Source: the human T2T-CHM13v2.0 reference genome, Homo sapiens
Reading direction: 5' to 3' (one strand)
Assembly: GCF_009914755.1 (NCBI RefSeq)
Contig: NC_060936.1
DNA length: 64,000 nt
Positions 1 through 13,897 of this stretch are shown piece by piece; position 1 is the stretch's first letter; every line of letters starts with the position of its first letter. The notes beneath the pieces are model-generated. The model saw nothing but the letters and a program-made list of their open reading frames with translations, had not been told where the DNA came from and made no database searches. Position numbers and translations under genes: made by a program.

Positions 1-396
1 GCCCAGAATTTTTCCTGTCTTTTAACTCTTGAAATTGTCCCCTAAGAATATAAACAAACTAAAAGGCGAAGCAAAACATAGACAATATCCCCTTGAATGA
101 TTCATAATAACCACATTTAAGCCTCTCTGGGTTTTGTTTGTTTGTTTAGGTCACAGCACTATTGGGAGGCAAAGGGGTTATTGGCTATTGAAGTGTTTGC
201 TGTTGATGAAGAACTAAATTTAAGGCATGTATTCTTTTCTTGACTAGAGTTTGATTAGCTTCGTCATACTTTTGCTTTAGGGAAAGAATGGTATAGAAGA
301 AATAAAAGAACTAACGGAAGCCCTTCCATTTCAATCACTGTAAAGAATTTATCATCATAAGATCAACAAAGCACCATTTCCATGTACCTTTTGCAA

Positions 397-461
397 TATA
401 TATATACACACACATATATATATATTTTACACATATATAAATTATATATATATATATATAA
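397..461. repeat. (TA)n/(CA)n microsatellite
   Basis: Directly visible. Confidence 0.9.
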
Positions 462-669
462 AATTATTGCATCGGGGCTTCTTTGTTGCTTTTCTTTTTC
501 CTCAATGACATTGAGACTTTACCTATATCCAATAACATTTGCCTTCCTTTCTATTTTCTTGCATGTTTTAATCTCATAGTGTCACATGGGTTCACTTTAC
601 CTAAAGATGGAATATTCTCCTCCGTTGGAGAAGAACCCCAAATTAGGCCAGAAGAATACTGAAAAATGT

Positions 670-830
670 ATGGACTTTGTAGTCAGAACCTGGGAAGAAA
701 AATCCTAACTCTGCCAGATGAAATGGTCCAAGTCAAGTTGAATGGAAGGATTAAAATAGAAGATTAATAAAATGCAGCTGTAGACAGCTGGCACATAGTG
801 ACAGTCAATAAGTGACAATTTATAATTCAT
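670..830 (+). mobile_element. MIR SINE fragment
   Basis: ggactttgtagtcaga...gaaggattaaa...ggcacatagt resembles the MIR core. Confidence 0.55.
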
Positions 831-1774
831 TCATTTATTCTACCTGCCTGGAGAAGTGAAATCTAAGAGAAATAGACAATAGAAATAAAATACAAATCTA
901 TCAAATAAAACAAAGTGAATTAATCAGTAAGCATTCTTGAACACTAATATATATAAGGAAGGGCTAACTTAAGAAAGACATGCTTTTCAAGAGTTTATAA
1001 ACTGGCTTACCATTTTAAGACATTTTCCATAAAAATTATGCCACATCATATAAATTAGTAAAACTCTATTCCAATCTTAACCTACTTGTACTCTATGTTC
1101 TAGTCACTCTAGAAGTCCTAATCACATGCCAAACCATGCCACAAGTTTCCAGGGACACATTTCACATATCTGCTGCTCTCAGTAGAGGGATCAATAATTC
1201 TTCCCTACTGGGCTGCAGAGCGAAGAAAATGGGATCTCTGATAAGTACAGGCAATCAATCCATGCTGGTGTCCACTGCAGAATTTAGGAACTCCATGAAA
1301 TCAGGAGTAAGGGAAGGCTAGACCACCCTCTGAAAACTGAACGTTAAGGGTTCTACTTTATGCATGATAAATACATAGAGCAAAGTGAAAGAAATCAGAT
1401 GGAGTCTGGTCAGAACGAATGGAAGGGAAAAATAGTTAACTATAACAGGATTGTGAGATGGTCTAGTTCTAGTAAGGGGAAAGGAGCTCAGTAAGGTTGG
1501 AGAAGTAGGCATCAATTAGTTCCAGGGTACATGCAGTGTAGCAGGTTGGGATAAACTCCAACAACAAGGAGAACTGATTATTTTAGCAAGAGGAAACAAG
1601 ACATCTCTGACAGGGGCAGGGGGAGGATGAATAAACAAGAGGATGAGTGTCTGGATTAGGCTGAGATCCCTACAGCAGTGGGACACTGGGTGGACTCTGG
1701 GGGGAAATCTGTGGTAAAATTCCCAGTAAGTGTGGCCTTGGGGAGAAAAAGAGAGGGAAATTCCAAGAACAAAG

Positions 1775-1960
1775 TACTTGGGTTTTGGAGTCAGACCAGG
1801 GTTTGCATCTGAGTTTGCCCCTTTACTTTCTAGATCTTAGACTTGAAGCAAGTCACCTAACCAGTAAATAATTTCTTAATCACACAACTTTGTACAATAA
1901 TGCCTACATCAAAGGACTCTTCTGAGGATTAGGAGATAACATGTGGGAAATGCCTGGTAT
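1775..1960 (+). mobile_element. MIR SINE
   Basis: ttttggagtcagaccagggtttg...gcaagtcacctaacc...gaggattaggagataa. Confidence 0.7.
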
Positions 1961-2689
1961 TGTTCAGATATACTTTGTTTTTATTTTCTTTTATTTTGGT
2001 ATAAAATATAAGTTCTTACTATAAGAAGTTTATCTTTCTGATCAGGAGAGATGATCCAACCCCTAATTCATAAAAAAGAAACAGGAGGAATATAGGAACT
2101 TAAACACCCAGGGGTGTTATGAGGCACCAGCCCTAGAAAGAAGTTGGAGGCTGAAATTTTAGCCCCAACTCTAAAGCAAAGCAATAATATTGTCTGGGAG
2201 CTGAATCCACCCAAAGTGAGGTGCCCTTTTCTAATCCTTTCAAAGGCTCTATATGGGATAATGGGTGATCCTGAAAGTGTCTCCCTAGGAGGTAGAATAC
2301 AAACTACTCAACTGAGTGGCAAAACCTTTCATGTTCAACATATGTAACATTTCAGTCTTAAATGTTTTCTGAATTGAACCGAGCATTATTCAGGAAGTGA
2401 AACACTCCCATGTCTTGGGAATACATTGTTCAAATAGTCTAAAACATCAGGTATGTTTTATTTTCTTTTTCACATTATAACTCCCTGAATTATATTCCAA
2501 AGGTAGAAGAGTTTATGCTAGATTTTTACAGAGGATGTCTTCATGCAAAATTAAGGGATTGCAGACTACAAAACTGTTGGCAGAAGATTCGGGTTGTTTT
2601 TGAGGAATAAATGTATGCCCTTCCCTGATGCTGTCTTATATGGCAATAAACTAAATAAAAATTGTAGTTGATTGACAGTAATTATAAAC

Positions 2690-2830
2690 CTGCAACAGCA
2701 ATAAAATTTGTGTTAATTATCAAAAATATCAGACCAGTTGTGCTGCCCATTACAGAACAATATTGAATTTTCTGTTAAGGAAATTGGTCCACCTTTCCCT
2801 AATTTTTGTTTTGCCTTCCTAAAGGTAAGC
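2690..2830 (-). pseudogene. Candidate cytoplasmic-tail pseudo-exon
   Basis: Acceptor tatatttcag, in phase with the previous exon (AG|G). Reads RLTFRKAKQKLGKGGPISLTENSILFCNGQHNWSDIFDN*. Confidence 0.4.
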
Positions 2831-3168
2831 CTGAAATATATAATAGCATATCATCAGAATTCATTCCACTGACTCCACTAAATGACTTCCAGAAATTTTG
2901 CTATAGGTTGCTAACTAAAGACAGCAGCATCTCCTTGCATGGAATATCAGATTCAAATTTCTTTGCCTGATTCTGGGTGGCTCTCTACCAAATGGCCCTT
3001 TCCCTTTTCCTGTTAACTGTTTTGCTTTCTAATCCCCAACAGTTTAGCACATTAGGTGCTCAATAAGTATCTGTGGAAAGAAAGAAGGAAGAAATAGAGA
3101 GATGGGCAGGACTATGAATGTTTTTTTAAAGACAATAGAAATCCCCCCACCACCATTCTACAAAATAC

Positions 3169-3298
3169 CTTTTGCATCTGACAAATATAGGTAATGTTAT
3201 TATTAATAATATATTATTTCAGATATTAACTTCTTTAAAAATGTAAATCTTCTTGGAGAATCAACATTTAGTAATGTAATTTACTCATCCATGCCACA
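3169..3298 (-). pseudogene. Candidate transmembrane-coding pseudo-exon
   Basis: Acceptor aatttcttcttag, donor AAG|gtattt. One early stop, then ...NNILLIITLPIFVRCK(R): a hydrophobic run followed by basic residues. Confidence 0.45.
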
Positions 3299-3904
3299 CT
3301 AAGAAGAAATTTTGAAGCCAGAAAAAGAGAGGGTAGTAGAAATTTGAAAAAGAAAAACAATAAGAAAAGGAGAACTCTGGAAAAGATAGTGCTCTTTGCC
3401 TTTGTTTTTGCTAAATATATTCATTCCTTTGATGAACCATTAAAAAATTATTAGCTCCTATATATCTTAGGGATACAGACATTCAGTCATTAGAAGTTGC
3501 GAAGATCATCATTCCACAAATATTACTGGGTTCCTGCTATATGCCAGGTGCATAAGTGTAGGGAACAAGATTGCCTACCCAGAATTATGAAACCAAAATA
3601 GATAATTACAACTATGATTAATGCAATAATGGAGAACTGCCATGGGGACATAACATATAACAAAAAGGCATACTAGTGGGGAACTGGAGGTGGGGGTGAC
3701 TAGCAATTTACCTATATCTTTTTTCCAAAATGATCTTCAAACTAGAAATATAAGATCAGTTAACATAAAGAAGAAACCGAAACTCTAGATAGGTCATACA
3801 ATAGTTAGAGAGCATCAACCCATGTGAACAGTCAAGTCTCCAGTCCAGGTATACTATACCTCAGGGCACTAAAGGAACATACATATTGATTACTGTAAAT
3901 AACT

Positions 3905-4930
3905 TCTGTAATTCTTTAGAAATCACAGTAAGCGTGATGGCAGAAGACTGGAGATGGGTAAATCTTTAATCCAATTTTCAAAATAGAAGTTGAGGCAAAA
4001 GACTAGGAAGTTTAAGATCAGTCCCTGCCAAAATTCTTAGAGTTAAGCAGATGGTTTTTGAAGTCTTAGTAAATAAACTGGTATTCATGAAAACCAACAG
4101 AATTTGCTAAATTAAGTTATGCTAAGATGAATTTATTTTATTCTTCTTCATTCTCTTTCTTCCTTCTTCTCTCCCTCACTCTTTTCTTTCTATCTTTCAT
4201 AATTTCTGTTATTCAACAAGTGCTTGTCCAACACTTTCATGAATGCTTTACATGGAATGCTTGACAAGCAAGCTGTTAACCAAACCAGTGGTTTGCTTAG
4301 TAATAGCAATTAGATATTGCTTAGTAATAGCAATTAGATAAAAACTAATTTGCCTAAGGAACATGCATTCTATAGTCAATGCATGAACTAACCTAGTTCA
4401 GTGAATGTAAGATAAAGAAGATCCTGTTAGCCCAACATTTTGTAAACTCCCGCCATTCCACAGACCCTGGTCACAGTGGAAAATTCCACTAAGGCTTGGG
4501 CTGTGAAAAACATCCTGCTGGATAAGTCCCAGGCCTAACTGCCTAACTGCAGAAAATTCCTCCCTTTTCAGCAGCTAACCTCACTGTCCACCCCATTTCA
4601 CAACAAGCCCAGACCCCTCCCGCTCGGACCTATAATTACTCCAGCATGCAAATGGCAGCGGGCTCCAGCGCTAGCTGGTATCCCCTTCTGCAGGTCTTTT
4701 GTCCAATAAACCTGTGTTGTTGTTGAGCCAGCAACTCTCTCTCTCTTTTACCCTCGCCTTCCCTTCAAAGCCTAACAGATCCCTAGTGGTTTCATGGTGC
4801 TCTCTATCTATCTTGAGTGCTCTCTATCTTGAGTTTCCAGTGTAACATTTCTCTCAGTGTCTTGATAAAGTCCTAAGAATCACAGACATGTTGTTTACAT
4901 AAAGCATAGAAACATAACTAGCACTTGTGT
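3905..4930 (+). mobile_element. L3/CR1 LINE RT fragment, interrupted by an LTR
   Basis: cagaagactggagatggg...ccaattttcaaaa and ctagtggt...cttgataaag are CR1-like. Confidence 0.5.
4425..4777 (+). mobile_element. Solo LTR, ERVL class (LTR18-like)
   Basis: TGTTAG...CTAACA inverted ends, perfect 5-bp TSD gatcc (4420-4424 / 4778-4782), TATA-like box and AATAAA; 353 bp. Confidence 0.8.
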
Positions 4931-5005
4931 CAAAATCATAAGGGCTGCTTGCTCAAAATTCAAATTCCTACCTATCCCACAGATATATTTAGTCAAAATT
5001 TCCAA

Positions 5006-5300
<295 letters not shown>

Positions 5301-5869
5301 TTGAAGTTTGAAGTTATGTAGAAATTTTTATTTTTAACAATCACCACAGTTATTTATTTTGCACACTTAGGTCTAAGAACCCTCACTGAAATGTTTAAGA
5401 CACATTACCTACCCACAATCACTAACTAACCCCATGTGTATAGGGGGCCTAATTAAAATACAACAACAACTATAAAGCTTCTGTAGATAAATGCTAAAAG
5501 ATCTCAAAGATTTGAGGGATCTTCCTTATCCTGCAATCCCTTTTGGTCTTGCTGCTTATCCTTGATTATCTTCCTCTGCTGCATTCTTTTCTTTGATCAT
5601 TAATTTAAGTGTTATGCTCTAATTTGTTTTTAATTTGGATGACCCCTCTGTCCTAAGGATGTGTTTTGGTAAAACCCTGGCATCCTACTACCAGCTCTAC
5701 TTAGACTCCATAATTAACCCTACACAATCCCTGACCTCTATGTCCCAGCCTCCTGGAAGCACCTGACAACAAATATGGAATCAAGAAATTGTGATAGCAC
5801 TTTCAGTAGTGTAAACAAAACACCTAAAACACAGAGTCTCTGATGAATTATCTAATTTTATTTCTCACC

Positions 5870-7190
5870 GTTTCTACTCCCACTTCTATCATCAATTCCA
5901 GCCACATAAAATAATTTTTAGCTCCTCAAATACATCATCATACTCAGCAATATCATATCATACAATAAATCTTTTCTGAAAACTGCCCCAAGTCCCTTCC
6001 CCACACCTCCATCTAATTTCTAGCTATGTCTCTTTAGGGCTTTCTAACTGTCTCCATCAAAGCACTTTTCACATTGAACTATGGAACTATGATCTCCACT
6101 AAAAGGTAAGCCGCTTTATGGCAGGAACCATAACCTAACAGTGTCAGATTCTTAGGATATGTTTACTATGAGTTGGAAGGAAAGGAGAGGAGAGGGGAGG
6201 GGAGGGGAGGGGAGGGGAGGGGAGGGGAGAGGAAGAATACTCTGGAGCACACAGGTGGGAATATCTGGGAGGAGCAGAAAAGACTTCAGAAAAGAGATGA
6301 CATTTGAGCTATGTCTTAGAGTGGCAGAGAAACTAAAGTGAGAAGGCAGACATTTCTCTTCATCACAATGGCCAATAATCTTTTTTGAGACACAAAAATC
6401 TCTGGCATGAATTAGTGTAACAGTTCCCTACTAGGTGTCACTATATCCAATATTTACTGTCTCCTAGCCATTTTCCACAGTTCAGCCTAGTGGTCTCACT
6501 AAAATGAAAATCTGAGTATGTCCTGACTCTTAATGTAGGTTGCAAGATTGTTTATAATCTGACTCCTGCTTGCCTCTCCAGATTTAAGGGCCACCTCCCC
6601 CCACCACACACACACATCTGAAACACTGTTCCAATCATATATGTACAGTTCCTAGCATGTGCCAAGCTTGTCCTTTTACCTCTGGGCCTATGTACCAAGA
6701 ACACTGTTCCTTTTATTTCTGCCTGGATGATCCCTAGTGCTCCTTTAGGACTCAGTTTCTACATCAGTTCCTGTAGGACTCAGTTTTTTTTATCTTTCCT
6801 TGTGAATGACTAGGTCAAATCACCTATCACACATTCTTGCAGAATCCTACACTGATCACAATTATAATGAAATGATTGTGAAATACTTGTCTTCCAAAAA
6901 AGATTACGAGTTCCAAGAAAACAGGCAGTTGGTCTTTTTCTTATTGTCTCCTCAATGTCTATCATGGTGTCTGGCACAAAGAAAATGTTCAATAAATATT
7001 TGTTGGCTTAATGACCAAACTGAAGTAAATGAATAGACAAATGTTTTTATTTCCAATTAGATTTTAAGCAAAATGAGGGCAAGTTTCATGTCTGTCTTGT
7101 TCATCATTGTATTCCCACTGTCTAGCACAGTGTCTGACACATAAAACTCTCACTAAATAGTTGTAAAATAATGAATAAATGACAGATCAA
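5870..7190 (+). mobile_element. L2 LINE fragments
   Basis: Repeated L2 3' ends (tgtctggcaca...aataaatatttgttg; atgaataaatga). Confidence 0.65.
6181..6232. repeat. (GGGGA)n purine repeat
   Basis: Directly visible. Confidence 0.9.
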
Positions 7191-7327
7191 ATGAACATGG
7201 CATCCTGCCACATTGCATTACTAAATGCTCTATGATAAACACATTTTATCTTTCTAAAGTTATATTATGGCTGGGAATTAAATTATAAAACAATGATTAT
7301 CAAAAATCATAGATATAAACAATAACA

Positions 7328-7678
7328 TGGCTGTCCCTCAGTATCCATGGGGGATTGATTCCAAGACACCACTGCCCCAGTCCCACGAATACCAAAATTC
7401 ACAAATGTGCAAGTCCCTATAGAAAATGGTGTTGTATTTACATATAACCTATGAACATGCTCACGTATACTTTAAATCATCTCTAGATTATCTATAATAA
7501 CTAATACAATGTAAATGCCATGTAACTAGTTGTTATACTATATTGTTTAGGGAATAATTATGAGAAAAAAGTCTGTACATGTTCAGGACAGACACAACCA
7601 TCTATTTTTTTCCAAATGTTTTCCACCCATGGTTGATGAATCCATGAATGCAGAACCCACGGACACAGAGAGCTGACT
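7328..7678. mobile_element. MER2 (TcMar-Tigger MITE)
   Basis: ctgtccctcagtatccatgggggattg...gaacccacggacacagagagctgact. Confidence 0.8.
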
Positions 7679-8147
7679 TTATATCACAAAAAAGCTTCAA
7701 CAGCTGTAAACATTTGTCATCATTTAAAGTTATAAAAATTAGGCTCTATATCCAATAAAACATTCATGCATATATTTTTCACAATAGTTGGAGCTTCAAT
7801 GTAAAATAAAGCCTCTGTAGGCCACATAAATTTTTACTAGCTAAACGAAGTATACTAGGTATAAAAATAATCAACAAAAATTTAGCAAGGCTTTCTAGAA
7901 TTTAGAAGTTCTTTTAAGGAAAATTAGGATAGCCCTCATCATTAAACCCGGTTGGGGTTTGTTAATATTTTCCTTAAATGAAAGTTGATATTATTCAATG
8001 CAGTAACCAAATATCTGAACATCTCATTTAAGGTCCTTAGATGAGAGGATTTGGAAGACTGGAATCATCATTATTAATACTGTTGCTATGGATGCTTTTT
8101 TCCTAAGCTCTTTGACTTTATTTGAAGTAGACCAAGAATATTAGATC

Positions 8148-8342
8148 AAGGGGCCAGATGGTAAATATCTTAGGCTTTGCTGGCCATATGCTGTCTGTTT
8201 CTACTACTCAACTCTACTGATTCAGCATGAAAGCAGTCATAGACAATATATAACAGAATTAATGTGGCTGTATTCCAATAAAACTTTACTTACACAAACA
8301 AGCAGCAGCAGTTTGTTCTGCAGGCCAGTTTGCAGATTACTC
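8148..8342. mobile_element. MER58A (hAT-Charlie)
   Basis: gggccagatggtaaatatcttaggctttgc...ccaataaaacttta. Confidence 0.8.
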
Positions 8343-8354
8343 TTAAGTAAACAA

Positions 8355-8810
8355 TTGCTGTTTTAACTGCCTAGCATTCATTGACAATTCATTTGCTAAA
8401 GGCACCTTGATTTTTATTTGCGGGATCATCTCTCCTCCTCTCCAAACCCTTGTAGTTGCAGTGGAATTGACCCGAGGCCTTTAGGGCCAGAATTAGTCAG
8501 GTGGCCGAAGACTGTCCAATTAGAATGTCTTTACGTTAGCTTCAGTGACTGGTTCAAGGTTGAACAAATGAACCACGATGGTCTACTGTGTCTCAATCCT
8601 GGGACTTTTTGGACAATTGAGAAACATTTTTTATGGTGGGGTCACAATGTAAGTCTTCAGCTGCTAGTAGAAACCATGTAGAGAAAAACTGCCTGTGGGT
8701 GATGCCAACACAGAAGAAAGCAAAGCCCAGATATGAAGAGAAAGAGAGAGACCAAATCCAGAAGGGCTCATCTAAGCAATACAACCTAGCTGTGCCTAAA
8801 GACACATCTC
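8355..8810. mobile_element. Old MLT1 (MaLR) LTR
   Basis: MLT1-like motifs (cagtgactggttcaagg, cagctgct...ccatgtagaga). Confidence 0.45.
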
Positions 8811-9344
8811 AGCCTACAGCCAAAAGAGATCCAAATTCAACTGCATGGATAACATCAAGAAAACTCTTAAAGAAGAAAAGTAACCCAATTGAGAAGTCTA
8901 TGAGATACTGTGGAAGGTACAGTTATATATCTCTGAGCCAGTGCAGAAGAGTGAGAGGAATAAGGAAGGATAGATAGCCATGGAATGGATATGAGTCAGG
9001 GATTTTTTAAACCATGAAATGCTGAAACAGTCTTTCTCTCCCACGTTAGTATCTAAAGAGTCTGTAATTACAGAACCTACAAATTGCTCCACAAACTTGG
9101 GGGTAAAGGTGGAAGGTGGAAAGGAGAGTCATTAGCTAAATCATCCTGAATAAGAAGATAATATACAAAATCTCCCAAAGCAGTATTTCCCTGTAATCTA
9201 CTAAAGGCTTAAAATTAAGGGATAGGGTCCCCACTCAAACAGAGCTTGATGTTTTCTACTGCACTAACCATAATCCATGAAGAAAAGAAGCTCAGAACTT
9301 TAAAGAGGGAAGCATTTCAGGTCACTTTGGTCCAATATTGGAAT

Positions 9345-12300
9345 TATTTGTTTTTGTTAACTTTTATTTTAGGTTCAAGGTTACATGTGCAGTTTTGTTA
9401 TATAGATAATTTGTGTGTCACAGGGGTTTGGAGTACAAATTATTTTGTCATCCAGGTAGTGAACTTAATATCCAATTGGTAGTTTTTCAGTTCTCCTCCT
9501 CCTCCTACACTCCATCCTCAAGTATGACCCAGTATCTGTTGTTCCCTTCTTTGTGTCCACGTGTCCTCAATGTTTAGCAGCCACATATAAGTAAGAATAT
9601 GTGGTAATTGGTTTTCTGTTCCTGTGTTAGTTTGCTTAGGAGAATGGCCTCCAGCTCCATCTATGTTGCTGCAAAAGACATGATCTCACCACATTTTCTT
9701 TATCCAGTCTACCATTGATAGGCATTTATATTGGTTCCATGTCTTTGCTATTGTGAGTAGTGCTGCAGTGAACATACACACGCATAGGTCTTTATGGTAG
9801 AACAATTTATATTCCTTTGGATATATACCCAATAATGGAATTACTGCGTGAAATGGTAGCTCCATTTTAAGTTCTGGGAGAAATTGCCCAACTACCGTCC
9901 ACAATGGTTGAACTAATTTACATTCCCACAAGCAGTATACAAGCATTCTCTGTTCTCTGTTTGCTGAAGTTGTTTATCAGTTCTAGGAGCTTTTGGGTGG
10001 AGACTATATGGTTTTCTAGATATGGAATCACACACCTTCAAACAGAAATAGTTTTACTTTTTCTCTTTTTATTTGGATGCCTTTTATTTATTTCTCTTGC
10101 CTGATTCCTTGGCTAGGACTTCCAGTACGATATTGAATACAAGTGGTGAGACTGGGCATCCTTGTCTTGTTTCAGTTCTCAAGGGTTATGCTTCTAGCTT
10201 TTGTGCATTCAGTATGATGTTGGTTGTGGGTTTGTCATAGATGTCTGTTATTATTTTGAGGTATATTCCTTCAATCCTACATTGTTGAGGGTTTTTAACA
10301 TGAAAGGAGGTTGAATTTTATCAAAAGCCTTTTCTACATCTATTGAGATGATCATGTGGTTTTTGTTTTTAGTTCTGTTTATATGGCAAATCATATTTAT
10401 TTGCGTATGTTGAGCCAACCTTGTATTCCAGGGGTAACATCTACTTGATCATGGTAGATTAGCTTTTTGATGTGCTGCTGAATTTGGTTTTCTAGTATTT
10501 TGTTAAGGATTTTTGCATCTATGTTCATCAAGGATATTGGCCTGAAGATTTGTTTTTTGTTGTATCTCTGCCAGGTTTTGGTATCAGGATGATGCTGGAC
10601 TCACAGAATGAGCTGGAGAGAAGTCTCTCCTCTTGAATTTTTTTGAATATTTTCTGTAGGAATGGTAGCAGCTCTTCCTTATACAGCTGATAGAATGTGA
10701 CAGTGAATCCATCTGATCCAGGGCTTTTCCTGGTTGGTAGGCTTTTGGTTACTGATTCAATTTCAGAACTCATAGAATTGTTCAGGATTTCAGTTTCTTC
10801 CTGGTTCAATCTTGGGAAGTTGCATGTTTCCAGGAATTTATCCATTTCTTCCAGGTGTTCTCGATTGTGTATGCAGAGGTGTTGATAATAGTTCCTGAGG
10901 GTTTTGTGTATTTCTGTGGGGGTCAGTAGTAATGTTCCCTTTGTCTTTTCTGGTTGTGTTTATTTGGATCTTCTCTCTTTTTTTCTTTAGTATTCCGGCT
11001 AGTGGGTCTATCAAACTTATTTATTCTTTCAAATAAGAAACTCCTGGATTCAGTGATTTTTTTTGGGGGGGAGCATGGCTTTTCATGTCTCAATTTCATT
11101 CAGTTCAGCTTTGATTTTGGTTATTTCTTGTCTTCTGCTAACATTGGAATTAGTTTGCTTTTGTTTTTCTAGTTCCTCTAGGTGTGATGTTAGGTTATTA
11201 ATTTGAAATCTTTCTAACGTTTTGATGTGGGCATTTAGTGCTATAATCTTTCCTCTTAACACTGCTTTAGCTATGTCCCAGAGATTCTGATATGTTTTAT
11301 TTTTGTTCTCCTTAGTATCAAATAATTTCCTGATTTATGATTTAATTTCACTGTTTACCCAAATGTCATTGAGGAGCAGGTTGTTTAATTTCCATGTAAT
11401 TGTACAGTTTTGAGTGATATTCTTAGTATTGGTTTCTATTTTTATTGTGCTGTGGTCAGAGAGTATGGTTGGTAAGATTTCTGTTTTCTTGAATTTGTTG
11501 AGAATTGTTTTCTGGCCGATTGTGTGGTTGCTTTTAGAATATGCGCCATGTGCAGATCAGAAGAATGTATATTACATTGTTTTGGAGTGGAGAGTTCTGT
11601 AGATGTCTATTAAGTCCATTTAGTCAAGTGTCAAGTTTAGGTCCCAAATATCTTTGTTAGTTTTCTGTCTCAATGGTACAACACTGTAAGTGAGATGTTC
11701 AACTCTCTCACCTCACTTTTGTAGGTGACCTGTCCCTTTTCTCTAGCTGCCTTTAACATTTTTTCTTTTATTCAACCTTGAAGAATCTGATCAATGTGTG
11801 TCTTGGGGATGGTTGTCTTACATAGTATCTCACAGGGTTTCTCTGCATTTCCTGAATTTGAATGTCGACCTCTCTAGTGATGTTGGAAACATTTTCATGA
11901 ATGATATCCTCAAATATATTTTCCAGGTTTCTTGCTTTCTCTCCCTCTCTTTCAGAGATGCCAATGGGTCATAGATTTGGTCTCCCATATTTCTTGAAGG
12001 TTTTGTTCATTTTTTTAATTCTTTTTTCTTTATTTTTGTTTGAATTAGTTAATTCAGAGTACCAGTATTTGAGCTCTGAGAGTCTTTCCTCAGTGTGATC
12101 TATTTGTGCTATTAATACTTGAAATTGTATCATAAAACTTCTGTAGTGAGTTTTTCACCTCTATCAGATGATTGTGACTCCTTCTTAAAATGGCCATTTC
12201 CTCTCTTTCAGCTCCTGTATTATTTTATTGTATTTCTTAGATTCCTTGGACTAGGTTTTGACTTTCTCCTGAATCTTGATGATTTTTGCTCCTATTCATA

Positions 12301-13897
12301 TTCTGAATTCTATGTCTGTCATTTCAGCCATTTCAGCCTGGTTAACAACCATTGCTAGAGAACTAGTGTGGTCATTCTGAATACAAAGACAATCTGGCTT
12401 TTCAAGTTGCCAGAGTTCTTGCACTGATTTTCTTATCTAGGCAGGCTGATGTTCCCTTAATCTTTGAAGAAGCCGTCTTTTAGATGAGGTTTTTTGCTTT
12501 TATCTCTCTGATGCCCTTGAAGGTTTGTAGTATAAGGTGGGTTCAGTCAACAGGCTTTGTTTCTGGAAGACTTTAGGGGGCCAAGGCTCAGCTCAGCACT
12601 GCTGGGCTGTGTGCTCTAACTCTTATGGGCGTTTACCATGCCCCCAGCTTTGTTCTCTGACCCCTTGCAGTTAAGAACCTGCTGTGGTGGAGGGGCCGAG
12701 GTATTCTTAGACTGCTAGCCACAACGCTACAATGGAGAGTGTAAGCCCAAGTGCTTCATCAGAGCAATGGCAGAGATCTGTGCTCACTCATTCATGCCAG
12801 CAGTGCAGTGGGGATGCACACACATGATGGGGTCAGTGGGAGTGGAGTGGCGGTATTCGTATGCATGCTCACATTGGTGACCGTAGCGGTGGGGCAGGGG
12901 CAAGGCATTGGCAGAGATGGGGTTGTCAGAGTCCATGTGCACATCCACGCCAGCAGCAGTGCAGCAGGATGCCCAAGCATCAGGAGGAGCAGGATAGCAT
13001 AGTGTGCTCACACTGGCAGCAGTGGGGCAGCGGGGTACACACACGCATGCCAGCATGGGATGGGAGGCAAGGTCTACTCACACATGCACCAGTAAAGCAA
13101 TGTGTGTGTGTCAAGGGGGGAGGGGAGGTAGTGGTCCATGCCTGAGTAAGTGCCAGCAAAGCAGCAGTGGGGAGGCTGTAGTGGGTGAGGTTGTAGGTGG
13201 GTTGGTGTGTGTCAACAAGAGCTGGTCTGCTGGAGCTCTCCAGTAGTCATGCACAGACTGCCAGTGAAGGAGCTATGATGAGATCCCTGAGGAAGCACCT
13301 TGGTTGGGCTTGCCAGGCTGCACTGCAAGTGTGTGGCCAGGCTGGAGCCCCAGGAGAGGCCACCAGACAGAGGGGCACTCAGATTGGACTGGACCCATCA
13401 CATGGGAAAGACCACCCTGCTCTATCCAGGTCTAACAGTTGCCCAAAAGCTAAAGCCTCCTGGAGGAGCATGGCAAGCCTTGGTGTATGGGTATCCCTGG
13501 CCATGCTCCACTTCAGCCATTCCCATGCCAAACCTTCTGCTCCTACAACCTATCTAGGCAGCTCTCCCTGCCAGCTCAAGTGTCTGTGGGGATTGTGGGG
13601 TGTCCTGCTGCTAGGATTCTCAAAGTCCATGGCAAGAGCTGGTCACTCCTTCCCTGTTCAACTCACCCCTTCCTTAGGAGTTGCTGGGGACCAGTAATGA
13701 ATCTTGGTGCTCCGAAACCCTGCGCACCGTTCCCAGCTTCCTCCCGCTTCAGCCCAGCAACTGAATCCTCTCTCCATCCACTCTCAATGCCTTCTCTCTG
13801 AAGATCTGCTTAGAGTGTACCAGTCTTCCCAATGTTCTTGTTTCTCAGTGAAAGATGTTCCTCCTAGTTGCATCTAGTTGGCCATTTTGGCTCAGAT
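9345..13897 (-). mobile_element. Old primate L1 (L1PA15/16-like) with 5'UTR, internally deleted
   Basis: L1 3'UTR at the left; ORF2 remnants (MDKFLETCNFPRLNQEE, WECKLVQPLW); ORF1 and a GC-rich 5'UTR at the right; ORF2 jumps at ~9950 and ~11710. Confidence 0.9.

Noticed and set aside
523-600. Possible further minus-strand exon (ag|GTAAAG...TAG|gtaaag)
   Set aside because: Stops in all frames and no recognisable motif; cannot be distinguished from chance.
8633-8977. 114-aa lysine-rich ORF
   Set aside because: It spans an MLT1 LTR/L1-like junction and has no splice or domain support.
12751-13801. Many ORFs in GC-rich sequence that resembles a promoter
   Set aside because: This is the 5'UTR of the antisense L1.
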